In this document: positions 8,355-14,981 of the stretch, in pieces
Position numbering within the stretch: position 1 is the stretch's first letter
How the letters are laid out: each line of letters opens with the position of its first letter
Source: a virus
Taxonomy: Duplodnaviria; Heunggongvirae; Uroviricota; Caudoviricetes
Reading direction: 5' to 3' (one strand)
Length of the DNA stretch: 14,981 nt
Virus record (IMG/VR): IMGVR_UViG_2606217106_000010
Span: 1 to 14,981 of that record
Notes under the pieces: model-generated
Database searches by the model: none
Seen by the model: only the letters and a program-made list of their open reading frames with translations
What the model was told of the DNA's origin: nothing
Translations under genes and position numbers: made by a program

Positions 8355-10442
8355 ATGTTTGCTTCAGTCAAAGAACTGGTTGGATTACCGGGGATGCCGG
8401 GAACGGAGCAAGGCGTTCGCTATTCAATCAGGAAGTATGCAACCAGCGAAACCAGCAGACGCCGCAAGAAAGGCGCTAAAGGTTTTGAATACAGCATTGA
8501 CTGTTTACCTGAAGTGACACAGCAGGCATTACGCGAACGTTATGCCCTGCAACTGATGACGCAAAAAGCCGATGAATCACCGGCTCCGGTGGTGACAAAG
8601 GCCAGACGCTCGTCTGCCGTGGTTGATGCGGTGGAGGCATATCGCGGATCACCACAACTGATGGTCGAACGCCTCAATGCCCTGACTGAAAACCAGCGCC
8701 AGGTGGCAGACGCACGCATTGCGATCGTCAGTGAGGTGCTGAAATTCACGCAACAACCCGGTTTCAGCTGCGCTAAAGCTATCCGGTTCATCGTTGACCG
8801 CCTGTCACACTCGCAACTGGATGAGCGCATTGTGGCAATGGTTGAGATAGCGAACGCCAGAAAGGGAAACAGTCGCGTGTTGAGTGAAATCACGCTGAAA
8901 CGCTGGATTGCGGCCTTTAATAAGGCACAGAACGCTGCTGAACGCCTGCTTTTGCTGGCACCAGGTAAACGCCAGGAAATAAAAGCCGAAGATATTAACT
9001 GGTTGCCCGAATTTCTGGCGCAGTATCGCCAGTCAAACGGCCGACCAATGACCGAGGCTTACGAGGATTTTGTTGCCGAATGGCAGCACCGGCACGCTGA
9101 TGAGCCTTATATGCTCGATATCATGCCGTCTTATGACACCATTCGCCGCGCAATGAAGAAACTGCCGGAAGTGGTGAAACAAAAAGGACGGGTTACCGGC
9201 AGTGAATACCGCCAGCTTGAGGGATTCACGCGCCGCGACTGGTCAAAAATGCCGGTGAATTATGTCTGGATTGGTGACGGTCACGGCATGAAGCTGAAAT
9301 GCGCGCACCCGGTTCACGGGCGGCCATTCGCACCGGAAGTGACCTTTGTTATCGACGGTGGCACGCGCTTTGTGGTGGGCTGGAGCCTTGACCTGGCTGA
9401 AAATGTTTTCGCCGTAGCCGGTGCCATACAGCACGGTATTCGCCATCATGGCAAACCGTTTCTGTATTACTCGGATAATGGCTCCGGGGAAACCGCCGAC
9501 GTCCTGGATAAGGAGATTGTGGGGATACTGCCACGACTGGGGATTAATCACCCGACAGGGATTGCCGGTAATCCGCAGGGACGGGGCATTATCGAACGGC
9601 TTAACCGCACATTACCGATGCGCATAGCCCGTAAATACCGCACCTATTTCGGGAAAGGAGCAGATCGCGAGACGTTACGTAAAACCAACCGCGATTTACG
9701 CTCGGCATTCAGTGCCCTGCAACAGGGCAAACGGCTGAACGCCCGGCAGCAGTCAGCGATGCGTGATTTACCGTCCTGGTCTGAACTGATTGATGCCATT
9801 CGTGACGGTGTTGAGTGGTACAACAACCGGCCGCACGATGAATTACCCATGAAGCCGAACGGTAAACATTACAGCCCGGCGGAGTTCAGAAAAAAACGCC
9901 TGGCGGAAGAGGACACGGAAATTGAATGGCTGTCCGATGTTGAACTGCGGGATATGTTCCGGCCGATGGTGGAGCGCCCTGTAAGACGCTGTGAAATACG
10001 CTGGCTGAATAATATTTACTACGCGCCCGAGCTGCGTGACGAGCATGGCCGTAAGGTACTTATCAGCTATGACATTCATGATGCCGAACGAATTACCGTG
10101 CGCCGCCCGGATGGCAGCGTGATTTGCGAGGCGGTATGGGACGGCAATAAACGCGAAGCCTTCCCTGTCAGCGCGGAATACTACAAACAGCAGCAGCGCC
10201 TTAAAGGCATGCGTAAACGCGCAGAGGAAAAAATCCGTGATGCCGAGGATGAGGTTGTCAACGTGCTGGAGCACAAGCCGCAGGAGCCCTGGCTGGAAAA
10301 CATATACCGCCCTGTGGGTAATACGGTGACCGTTCAGCAACCGGTCGCTGACGATGAACCTGATGAAGAATACGAGCGTAATTTCCAGCGGGGATTGCAA
10401 CTGCTCGAAGCGAAATTAAAAGAAAGTGATCCGCTGGCCTGA
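8355..10442 (+). CDS. MuA-family DDE transposase (transposable-phage transposase A)
   Basis: 695-aa ORF. Its N-terminus resembles the MuA enhancer-binding domain (cf. Mu MELWVSPKECANLPGLPKTSAGV...GVKGGKAIEY versus here ...GLPGMPGTEQGV...GAKGFEYS). The catalytic-core region VWIGDGHGMK...ILGWSLDLAEN parallels Mu WINGDGY...ILGWRCDVSEN. It is followed by a B-like gene. Confidence 0.92.
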   Translation: MFASVKELVGLPGMPGTEQGVRYSIRKYATSETSRRRKKGAKGFEYSIDCLPEVTQQALRERYALQLMTQKADESPAPVVTKARRSSAVVDAVEAYRGSPQLMVERLNALTENQRQVADARIAIVSEVLKFTQQPGFSCAKAIRFIVDRLSHSQLDERIVAMVEIANARKGNSRVLSEITLKRWIAAFNKAQNAAERLLLLAPGKRQEIKAEDINWLPEFLAQYRQSNGRPMTEAYEDFVAEWQHRHADEPYMLDIMPSYDTIRRAMKKLPEVVKQKGRVTGSEYRQLEGFTRRDWSKMPVNYVWIGDGHGMKLKCAHPVHGRPFAPEVTFVIDGGTRFVVGWSLDLAENVFAVAGAIQHGIRHHGKPFLYYSDNGSGETADVLDKEIVGILPRLGINHPTGIAGNPQGRGIIERLNRTLPMRIARKYRTYFGKGADRETLRKTNRDLRSAFSALQQGKRLNARQQSAMRDLPSWSELIDAIRDGVEWYNNRPHDELPMKPNGKHYSPAEFRKKRLAEEDTEIEWLSDVELRDMFRPMVERPVRRCEIRWLNNIYYAPELRDEHGRKVLISYDIHDAERITVRRPDGSVICEAVWDGNKREAFPVSAEYYKQQQRLKGMRKRAEEKIRDAEDEVVNVLEHKPQEPWLENIYRPVGNTVTVQQPVADDEPDEEYERNFQRGLQLLEAKLKESDPLA

Positions 10443-10524
10443 AATAAAAAAATAACCCGAGGGGTGACTCAGGTTATTTGAGGTTTCAGTCTCGGAGAAT
10501 GCTGTCTCAAGCGAGGTGAATAAT

Positions 10525-11457
10525 ATGACCGATATTAACGATGTAATCAAGACCATTGATGAACTTATTGATGGCGGCGTACTGACGCAGTATGCCATCG
10601 CCAGAGAGGCGGGAATTTCCGACGGCACATTATCGGCTTTCCGTAAGGGAAAATATAAAGGCGATAACGCTGCTGTGGCTGCTTCCCTGCGCTCCTGGTA
10701 TGAGAACTGGAATAAACAAAGCGCACTGCCGGAACCGCCGCAGTTTGTGGAAACTCAGACAGTCCAGGAGCTGCGCGCACTGTTTCAGGCGGTTCGCCTG
10801 ATGGGCTGTATTAACGTTATTGTGGGCGTACCGGGTGTGGGTAAAACGGCCACTGCCCGTAATTACTGCCAGGAGCAACCAAACACCTGGATGATCACCC
10901 TGTCACCCGCGCACTCCAGCGTCACGGAGTGTCTGCTGGAGCTGGCCGATGCGCTGGGGATTGATTACACCCGCGCGAACAAAGGGGCATTATCCCGCGC
11001 CATCCGCCGTCGCCTGATGGGAACGCGTGGACTGGTGATTGTGGATGAGGCGGATCATCTTGGTATTGACGGTCTGGAGCAACTCCGGGCAATTCAGGAC
11101 GCCACGGGGATCGGGATGGTGCTTATTGGTAACCCGCGCGGATTGTTTAAAGGTGGACGCCGCGCCTTTGATGATTTATCGCGCCTGTTCAGCCGTCTTG
11201 CCCGTACAAAACAACTTCGCAAGGCCAAAAAGGCGGATGTGCTGGCCATTGCCAGGGCATGGGGTATCAGTGGTGAGGCCGAGCTGGCCGTCATGCAGGC
11301 TATCGCTGAAAAGCCGGGAGCGTTACGCGTTCTGACACATACGCTTAACCAGGCGTGGCTCACCGCCAGCGGTGAAGGCGCGGCGCTGACAGAAAAACAT
11401 ATTAATGCGGCCTTTAAAGAGGTTTATACCAACCCTGAATTACTCTCACAGGTGTGA
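10525..11457 (+). CDS. MuB-family AAA+ ATPase / target DNA activator
   Basis: The provided ORF starts at GTG 10516; the ATG at 10525 with a GAGGTG RBS upstream is the more likely start. Walker A VGVPGVGKT and Walker B LVIVDEADHL are present. Strong resemblance to Mu B (PEPPRFVETQTV..., QKPGALR...). Confidence 0.9.
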   Translation: MTDINDVIKTIDELIDGGVLTQYAIAREAGISDGTLSAFRKGKYKGDNAAVAASLRSWYENWNKQSALPEPPQFVETQTVQELRALFQAVRLMGCINVIVGVPGVGKTATARNYCQEQPNTWMITLSPAHSSVTECLLELADALGIDYTRANKGALSRAIRRRLMGTRGLVIVDEADHLGIDGLEQLRAIQDATGIGMVLIGNPRGLFKGGRRAFDDLSRLFSRLARTKQLRKAKKADVLAIARAWGISGEAELAVMQAIAEKPGALRVLTHTLNQAWLTASGEGAALTEKHINAAFKEVYTNPELLSQV

Positions 11458-11459
11458 TT

Positions 11460-11681
11460 ATGGTGATATTTAATATTCCTGATATTTACGGACGCTTTCA
11501 CCTGGTGAATTTCGATAACGTCAAAGCAGTCTCCGTGTCTGACAGTGAAGAATGTGGCGATTTACTTTTTGAATTTAATGATCGCACCAGAATGGCAATA
11601 TCGGCAGGACTTGATCGTGAAGGTGCGAAAGAAGCTTACAGCAATATTTGTCGTTTTATCGGTGCAAAACGAATCAGCTAA
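11460..11681 (+). CDS. Hypothetical small early protein (positional equivalent of Mu kil)
   Basis: 73-aa ORF starting at an ATG that overlaps the end of the B gene (a GTG at 11454 is an alternative start). It has the same orientation as the early operon. No recognisable motif. Confidence 0.5.
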   Translation: MVIFNIPDIYGRFHLVNFDNVKAVSVSDSEECGDLLFEFNDRTRMAISAGLDREGAKEAYSNICRFIGAKRIS

Positions 11682-11693
11682 ACGAGGTGTTAT

Positions 11694-11948
11694 ATGAATA
11701 TGCAATCCTGCGGTAACAAAATGAATTTATTCGACTCCCTGAACAGCGCGCGCCGTCTGACCGAACTTGCCGGTGCGGTACTGGAACGCAGTAAGCGCTA
11801 CCCACAACGTTTTGCACTGAAAACCACGCCGCCGGTAGGCAACGTGCAGGGAACCGGTGAAATTGAAATCACCATACAGACCAACGGCCTGCGCCGCCGT
11901 GTGAAGGCCACCCGCATAAGCGGATGCACGGTTTACTGGGAGGTGTGA
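11694..11948 (+). CDS. Hypothetical early-region protein
   Basis: 84-aa ORF with a GAGGTG RBS 5 nt upstream, tightly packed in the operon. Function unknown. Confidence 0.5.
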   Translation: MNMQSCGNKMNLFDSLNSARRLTELAGAVLERSKRYPQRFALKTTPPVGNVQGTGEIEITIQTNGLRRRVKATRISGCTVYWEV

Positions 11949-11949
11949 G

Positions 11950-12231
11950 ATGAAACGAAATCTGATTGCGTGGGCGTGGTCGAGCGGTCTCATTGAGTTT
12001 GGTTACGTCCTGCCGGAAGGTGCATTGCCGATAGTTGCCGGAAAGCCTGCCACAGTACGGCATGTGATTGAGGTTATGGCGCGTCATGGACGTGATGAAC
12101 AGGAGCAGTTACTGGTTCCGGGGATACCGGAAGCGGTGACGGAGGAAGAAGCCTTTAATGCCATGATTCGGTTCTGCCGTGAGGTCAGACGCCGGGTCAG
12201 TTATCCAAACAGAACGAGGACCAGAGGATGA
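11950..12231 (+). CDS. Hypothetical early-region protein
   Basis: 93-aa ORF with a GGAGGTG RBS. It starts 2 nt after the previous stop and overlaps the next start (ATGA). Function unknown. Confidence 0.55.
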   Translation: MKRNLIAWAWSSGLIEFGYVLPEGALPIVAGKPATVRHVIEVMARHGRDEQEQLLVPGIPEAVTEEEAFNAMIRFCREVRRRVSYPNRTRTRG

Positions 12232-12500
12232 GTAAAGTTGTACGCATTATTTTCGAATACAAGGAGCACGTTATCCATAAAAACGCTGATGAAACAGTGC
12301 ACATGGGGGTAAGTCTGGGCATACGTTCAACCGGGATAAAGCAGAAAGGTGATGGACCCGCCATGATTTTTGGGGTGGTTATGCTCGCGGAAAGCAGAGA
12401 CTTTGCTGAACTTGTGGCAATGAAAGCCAGAGCGCTCATGAAAGATATGAACATGAGTTCCGGGGTTATTAAAGGTAATGAATTTAATCAGCAGGGGTAA
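12228..12500 (+). CDS. Hypothetical early-region protein, paralog A (N-terminus MSKVVRIIFEYKEHV)
   Basis: 90-aa ORF whose start overlaps the upstream stop (ATGA). Its N-terminus is shared with the next ORF. Confidence 0.55.
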   Translation: MSKVVRIIFEYKEHVIHKNADETVHMGVSLGIRSTGIKQKGDGPAMIFGVVMLAESRDFAELVAMKARALMKDMNMSSGVIKGNEFNQQG

Positions 12501-12504
12501 TTCC

Positions 12505-12798
12505 ATGAGCAAAGTACGCGTTATTTTTGAATTTGAGCATGTTTCGCATGACGAAAAGCTGGCAGGCAATGACTGTGTTGAAGTGCATGAAAAGATTGGT
12601 GTGGATGTGAAAACAGAACGTGATACGGAGAACAGCCCGACGTCACTCTGTGATGTTTATGCAAGTATTCTCCAGTATCACAGTCCTGCAATTATTCATT
12701 TCCTCTCAGCGGAATTTCAGGCATCTGCACAGGATTTTGGAGCGGATGCCATCATTAAACGCCACCGCGTGCATAAAGCATCAGGCACACTGCAATAA
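12505..12798 (+). CDS. Hypothetical early-region protein, paralog B (N-terminus MSKVRVIFEFEHV)
   Basis: The provided ORF starts at 12478; the ATG at 12505 has a better RBS (AGGGG) and gives the N-terminus MSKVRVIFEFEHVSH, which parallels the preceding gene. Confidence 0.55.
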   Translation: MSKVRVIFEFEHVSHDEKLAGNDCVEVHEKIGVDVKTERDTENSPTSLCDVYASILQYHSPAIIHFLSAEFQASAQDFGADAIIKRHRVHKASGTLQ

Positions 12799-12809
12799 GG
12801 AAAAACAAA

Positions 12810-13340
12810 ATGGCTAAACGCGTTACAAAATTAAAGGCCGCAGCCGAGGCCGCACCACAGACCCGCGAAGAAGTCAGCCGCGATATCCGACGCTTTGGGG
12901 ATATGCAGCGTGAGGCGCTGCGCCTGGAAACAGCGATGAATGACGAAGTGGCAGAAATTACCGCCCGTTATACGCCGCAGATTGAAAACCTTAAAAAAGA
13001 AATCAAAGTGCTTTTTAAAGGGATTCAGGACTGGTGTAAAACCAACCGCAATGAGCTGACGAACGGCGGTGAAACCAAAACAGCCAATCTGACCACCGGA
13101 ACGGTGTCATGGCGGCTGGGAACGCCATCATGCAGCGTCAGCCGTGATGTGGAAGGCGTGATTGAAATGCTGCGCCGTATGGGCCTTGAGCGCTTCATCC
13201 GCACGAAAGAGGAAGTGAATAAGCAAGCTGTCCTGGCGGAGCCGGATGCGGTGAAAGACATTGCCGGTATTAAGGTGAATAAAGGCGCTGAAAGTTTTTA
13301 TGTCGAGCCTTTTGAACAGGACGCCGGACTGAACAAATAA
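12810..13340 (+). CDS. gam: Gam-like host-nuclease inhibitor / DNA-end-binding protein (Mu Gam family)
   Basis: 176-aa ORF resembling Mu Gam along its length by recollection: LQREALRLETAMNDEVAEITARY..., NRNELTNGGETKTANLTTGTVSWR..., RFIRTKEEVNKQAVLAEP..., PFEQDAG. Confidence 0.88.
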   Translation: MAKRVTKLKAAAEAAPQTREEVSRDIRRFGDMQREALRLETAMNDEVAEITARYTPQIENLKKEIKVLFKGIQDWCKTNRNELTNGGETKTANLTTGTVSWRLGTPSCSVSRDVEGVIEMLRRMGLERFIRTKEEVNKQAVLAEPDAVKDIAGIKVNKGAESFYVEPFEQDAGLNK

Positions 13341-13437
13341 CACCGCATTAAATCTTTAAATATCACTTCATTTTAATTATGGCGCTCGCGTCAGGGGACT
13401 GCCTGCGCCTGTAAACTGAAAATAAGGAACAGGAAAT

Positions 13438-13980
13438 ATGGCATATTTTTATTTCAAATTAGACTGTGTGCAGACAAATAAATATTTCACCAAATATCAA
13501 CAGACTGTTTTACCGCTACGCAACAGTATTCTTCGGGCGTTACTGAAAAATACAGGCGCTACCGGATTGCGCTTAAAGCCGTTCGCCATGGACGTAATCA
13601 GTGAGTTTTATTTTTCCGGTGCTCTGCCTGCGGGCTGGTGTAAGCGCGATGATGTGGCTTTTATCGGTGGTGGACAGTGCTTTATAGCCAGACCTGATGA
13701 GTCATGCCCTGAAGGAGCGGCGATTGCCGCAATGATTGAAGCCGCTGAACGCGAGTTAAGAAAGCGTCCTGATTTCCTTGTCTGGCTCTGTGAAAAGCTG
13801 GGGGTAATGAGAATCCCCTCCATGTTTAACACAGACTCCTGGTGGACCCCGTCTCTCTCCCGTGATGCCCTGTGCGTGGTGTTTAAAGTAGGTGCTTATG
13901 GCAGGGAAATAAACGGGCGTATTCCTGAAGAATGTCAGGAAATTAAACATTCTGAATATGTGGCGCTGACGGAGGAATAA
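13438..13980 (+). CDS. Hypothetical protein (late part of Mu-like early region)
   Basis: 180-aa ORF with an AAGGA RBS, preceded by a 97-bp AT-rich gap after gam. No recognisable motif; it contains several Cys residues without a clear zinc-finger spacing. Confidence 0.55.
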   Translation: MAYFYFKLDCVQTNKYFTKYQQTVLPLRNSILRALLKNTGATGLRLKPFAMDVISEFYFSGALPAGWCKRDDVAFIGGGQCFIARPDESCPEGAAIAAMIEAAERELRKRPDFLVWLCEKLGVMRIPSMFNTDSWWTPSLSRDALCVVFKVGAYGREINGRIPEECQEIKHSEYVALTEE

Positions 13981-13983
13981 TTC

Positions 13984-14517
13984 ATGATAGATGCAAAAGT
14001 GCTTGAAGGGGTTAAAAACTGGCTGAGCATTTACGGGCGTCTGACCTGCGGCGTTCTGGCTCAAAGAATGAATATGCCGCCATCCTCGATGGTCTATTTT
14101 CTGCGTGATGCGGTTGATGCCGGTGTGCTGACAGAATGTAACGGTTTTTATGATATTCCGCGTCCCCGCCCGGTACAGCCGGTTCGTCGCAAATGCCGCC
14201 AGGAGTCTGTGGCTGATGATGTTCAGTGGTGCAGCTTCAGAAAATCCCTGCCGTGGGTTGAAGGGCATGATATTCCGTCGATGGCGTGGGAATTTGCGCA
14301 GGGCGTTCTGACCTGTGAAACCGTTTATGTGGTGGCTGAAGTTGATGAGCAGGCAATGAAAGAAGGTGTGCCCCAGTTTGTGATGGCGTATATCGACATT
14401 CGCCTGGGGACCATTATCTGCGGTTTAAGCGGCTGGAATATCACCGAACATGTTCTGCGTTACCTGATTGTTGACCGGACGGCAGCGCCTGCCGGGATAT
14501 CTGCGGAGGTGGCGTAA
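13984..14517 (+). CDS. Hypothetical protein, possibly with an N-terminal winged-helix-like domain
   Basis: 177-aa ORF with a GGAGGA RBS, starting 3 nt after the previous stop. Residues ~15-50 (IYGRLTCGVLAQRMNMPPSSMVYFLRDAVDAGVL) resemble a winged-HTH pattern; this is inference only. Confidence 0.5.
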   Translation: MIDAKVLEGVKNWLSIYGRLTCGVLAQRMNMPPSSMVYFLRDAVDAGVLTECNGFYDIPRPRPVQPVRRKCRQESVADDVQWCSFRKSLPWVEGHDIPSMAWEFAQGVLTCETVYVVAEVDEQAMKEGVPQFVMAYIDIRLGTIICGLSGWNITEHVLRYLIVDRTAAPAGISAEVA

Positions 14518-14979
14518 TGTTCTTTAAAACATCGAACCCTTCCGCGCTGGCTGCGTGGCAAAAATATCAGCAGGACTGCCAGCAAGTTAAGGATGAGGCA
14601 AAACGCCTTGAGGCCGTGCTGAATGTTGAGTGCCGGTCGGTATTTGTATCCGGTATCAGCGGTTTTTGTTTTAAGGGGCTGCGTTTTACGAATGACAAAT
14701 ATCCTTTTCATCGTGATTTATGGCGAAAACCGACTGCGTCGAATGGCTGGAGCTGCACGCCGCGCACATCGCGCATTCCCAAAGCCCTGCGCACTGCCTC
14801 TGACGAACTGAACAGTCTGTGGCGTGAATATTCGCCCGTCACGTATGCCAGAACCGATGCCCTGTTGTTCTGGCTGGGCATTGATTTCTCAGCAATCCTG
14901 TATGGCCCTGTGGAGTGGTTCTGCGTTGACGATGTGATTTATCTTCAGTGCGGTGTAAAACCCGCAAATCAGAAAATGA
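14518..14979 (+). CDS. Hypothetical protein, 3' partial (runs off window end)
   Basis: An ATG at 14518 immediately follows the previous stop (TAATG). The frame stays open for 154 codons to the window edge (MFFKTSNPSALAAWQKYQQDCQQVKDEAKRLEAVL...). It is absent from the supplied ORF list, probably because it has no stop codon within the window. Confidence 0.45.
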
Positions 14980-14981
14980 CC

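Noticed and set aside
9843-10400. 185-aa ORF on the minus strand
   Set aside because: It lies entirely antisense within the MuA-like transposase gene and has no RBS context. Most likely a spurious antisense frame.
13381-13409. GC-rich dyad GGCGC...GCGCC after gam as an intrinsic terminator
   Set aside because: The stem is only ~5 bp with internal mismatches and no following T-run, so it is too weak to call.
7146-14981. Possibility that the lambda-Mu juxtaposition is an engineered lambda-placMu-type construct
   Set aside because: Ner, A, B and Gam are only moderately similar to phage Mu proteins as I recall them, and the repressor and end repeats differ from Mu. Engineered constructs carry authentic Mu sequence, so a natural Mu-like prophage is more likely. 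This cannot be excluded without a database search.

Overview
E. coli-type chromosomal segment covering ybhI-ybhJ-ybhC beside the phage lambda attachment site, carrying three layers of mobile DNA. All protein and DNA similarities below are from my recollection of reference sequences, not from a database search. (1) The window opens inside an IS1 copy (1-472, InsB C-terminal part) that ends 45 bp upstream of the first usable start codon of ybhI. (2) ybhI (+), ybhJ (+) and ybhC (-) look like intact host genes; ybhJ and ybhC converge on a tandem REP/BIME cluster. (3) Directly beyond ybhC is a lambda-type attL (15-bp core GCTTTTTTATACTAA at 5895-5909 plus the P-prime arm) and a near-lambda integrase gene (5983-7053, -). 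Only the 3' ~115 nt of xis remain; lambda-like sequence stops at about 7146. (4) From about 7156 to the window end the sequence is the left end of a Mu-like transposable prophage: three direct repeats spaced like Mu L1/L2/L3, a leftward repressor, a palindromic operator region, then rightward ner-like, MuA-like and MuB-like genes, five small coupled early ORFs, a Gam-like gene and three further uncharacterised ORFs (the last runs off the window). The most notable points are the nested arrangement (a transposable phage end sitting in the excision gene of a lambdoid prophage) and the block of unassigned early-region genes. I could not identify a defined defence or other novel system from sequence alone; the early-region ORFs are the best candidates for follow-up.
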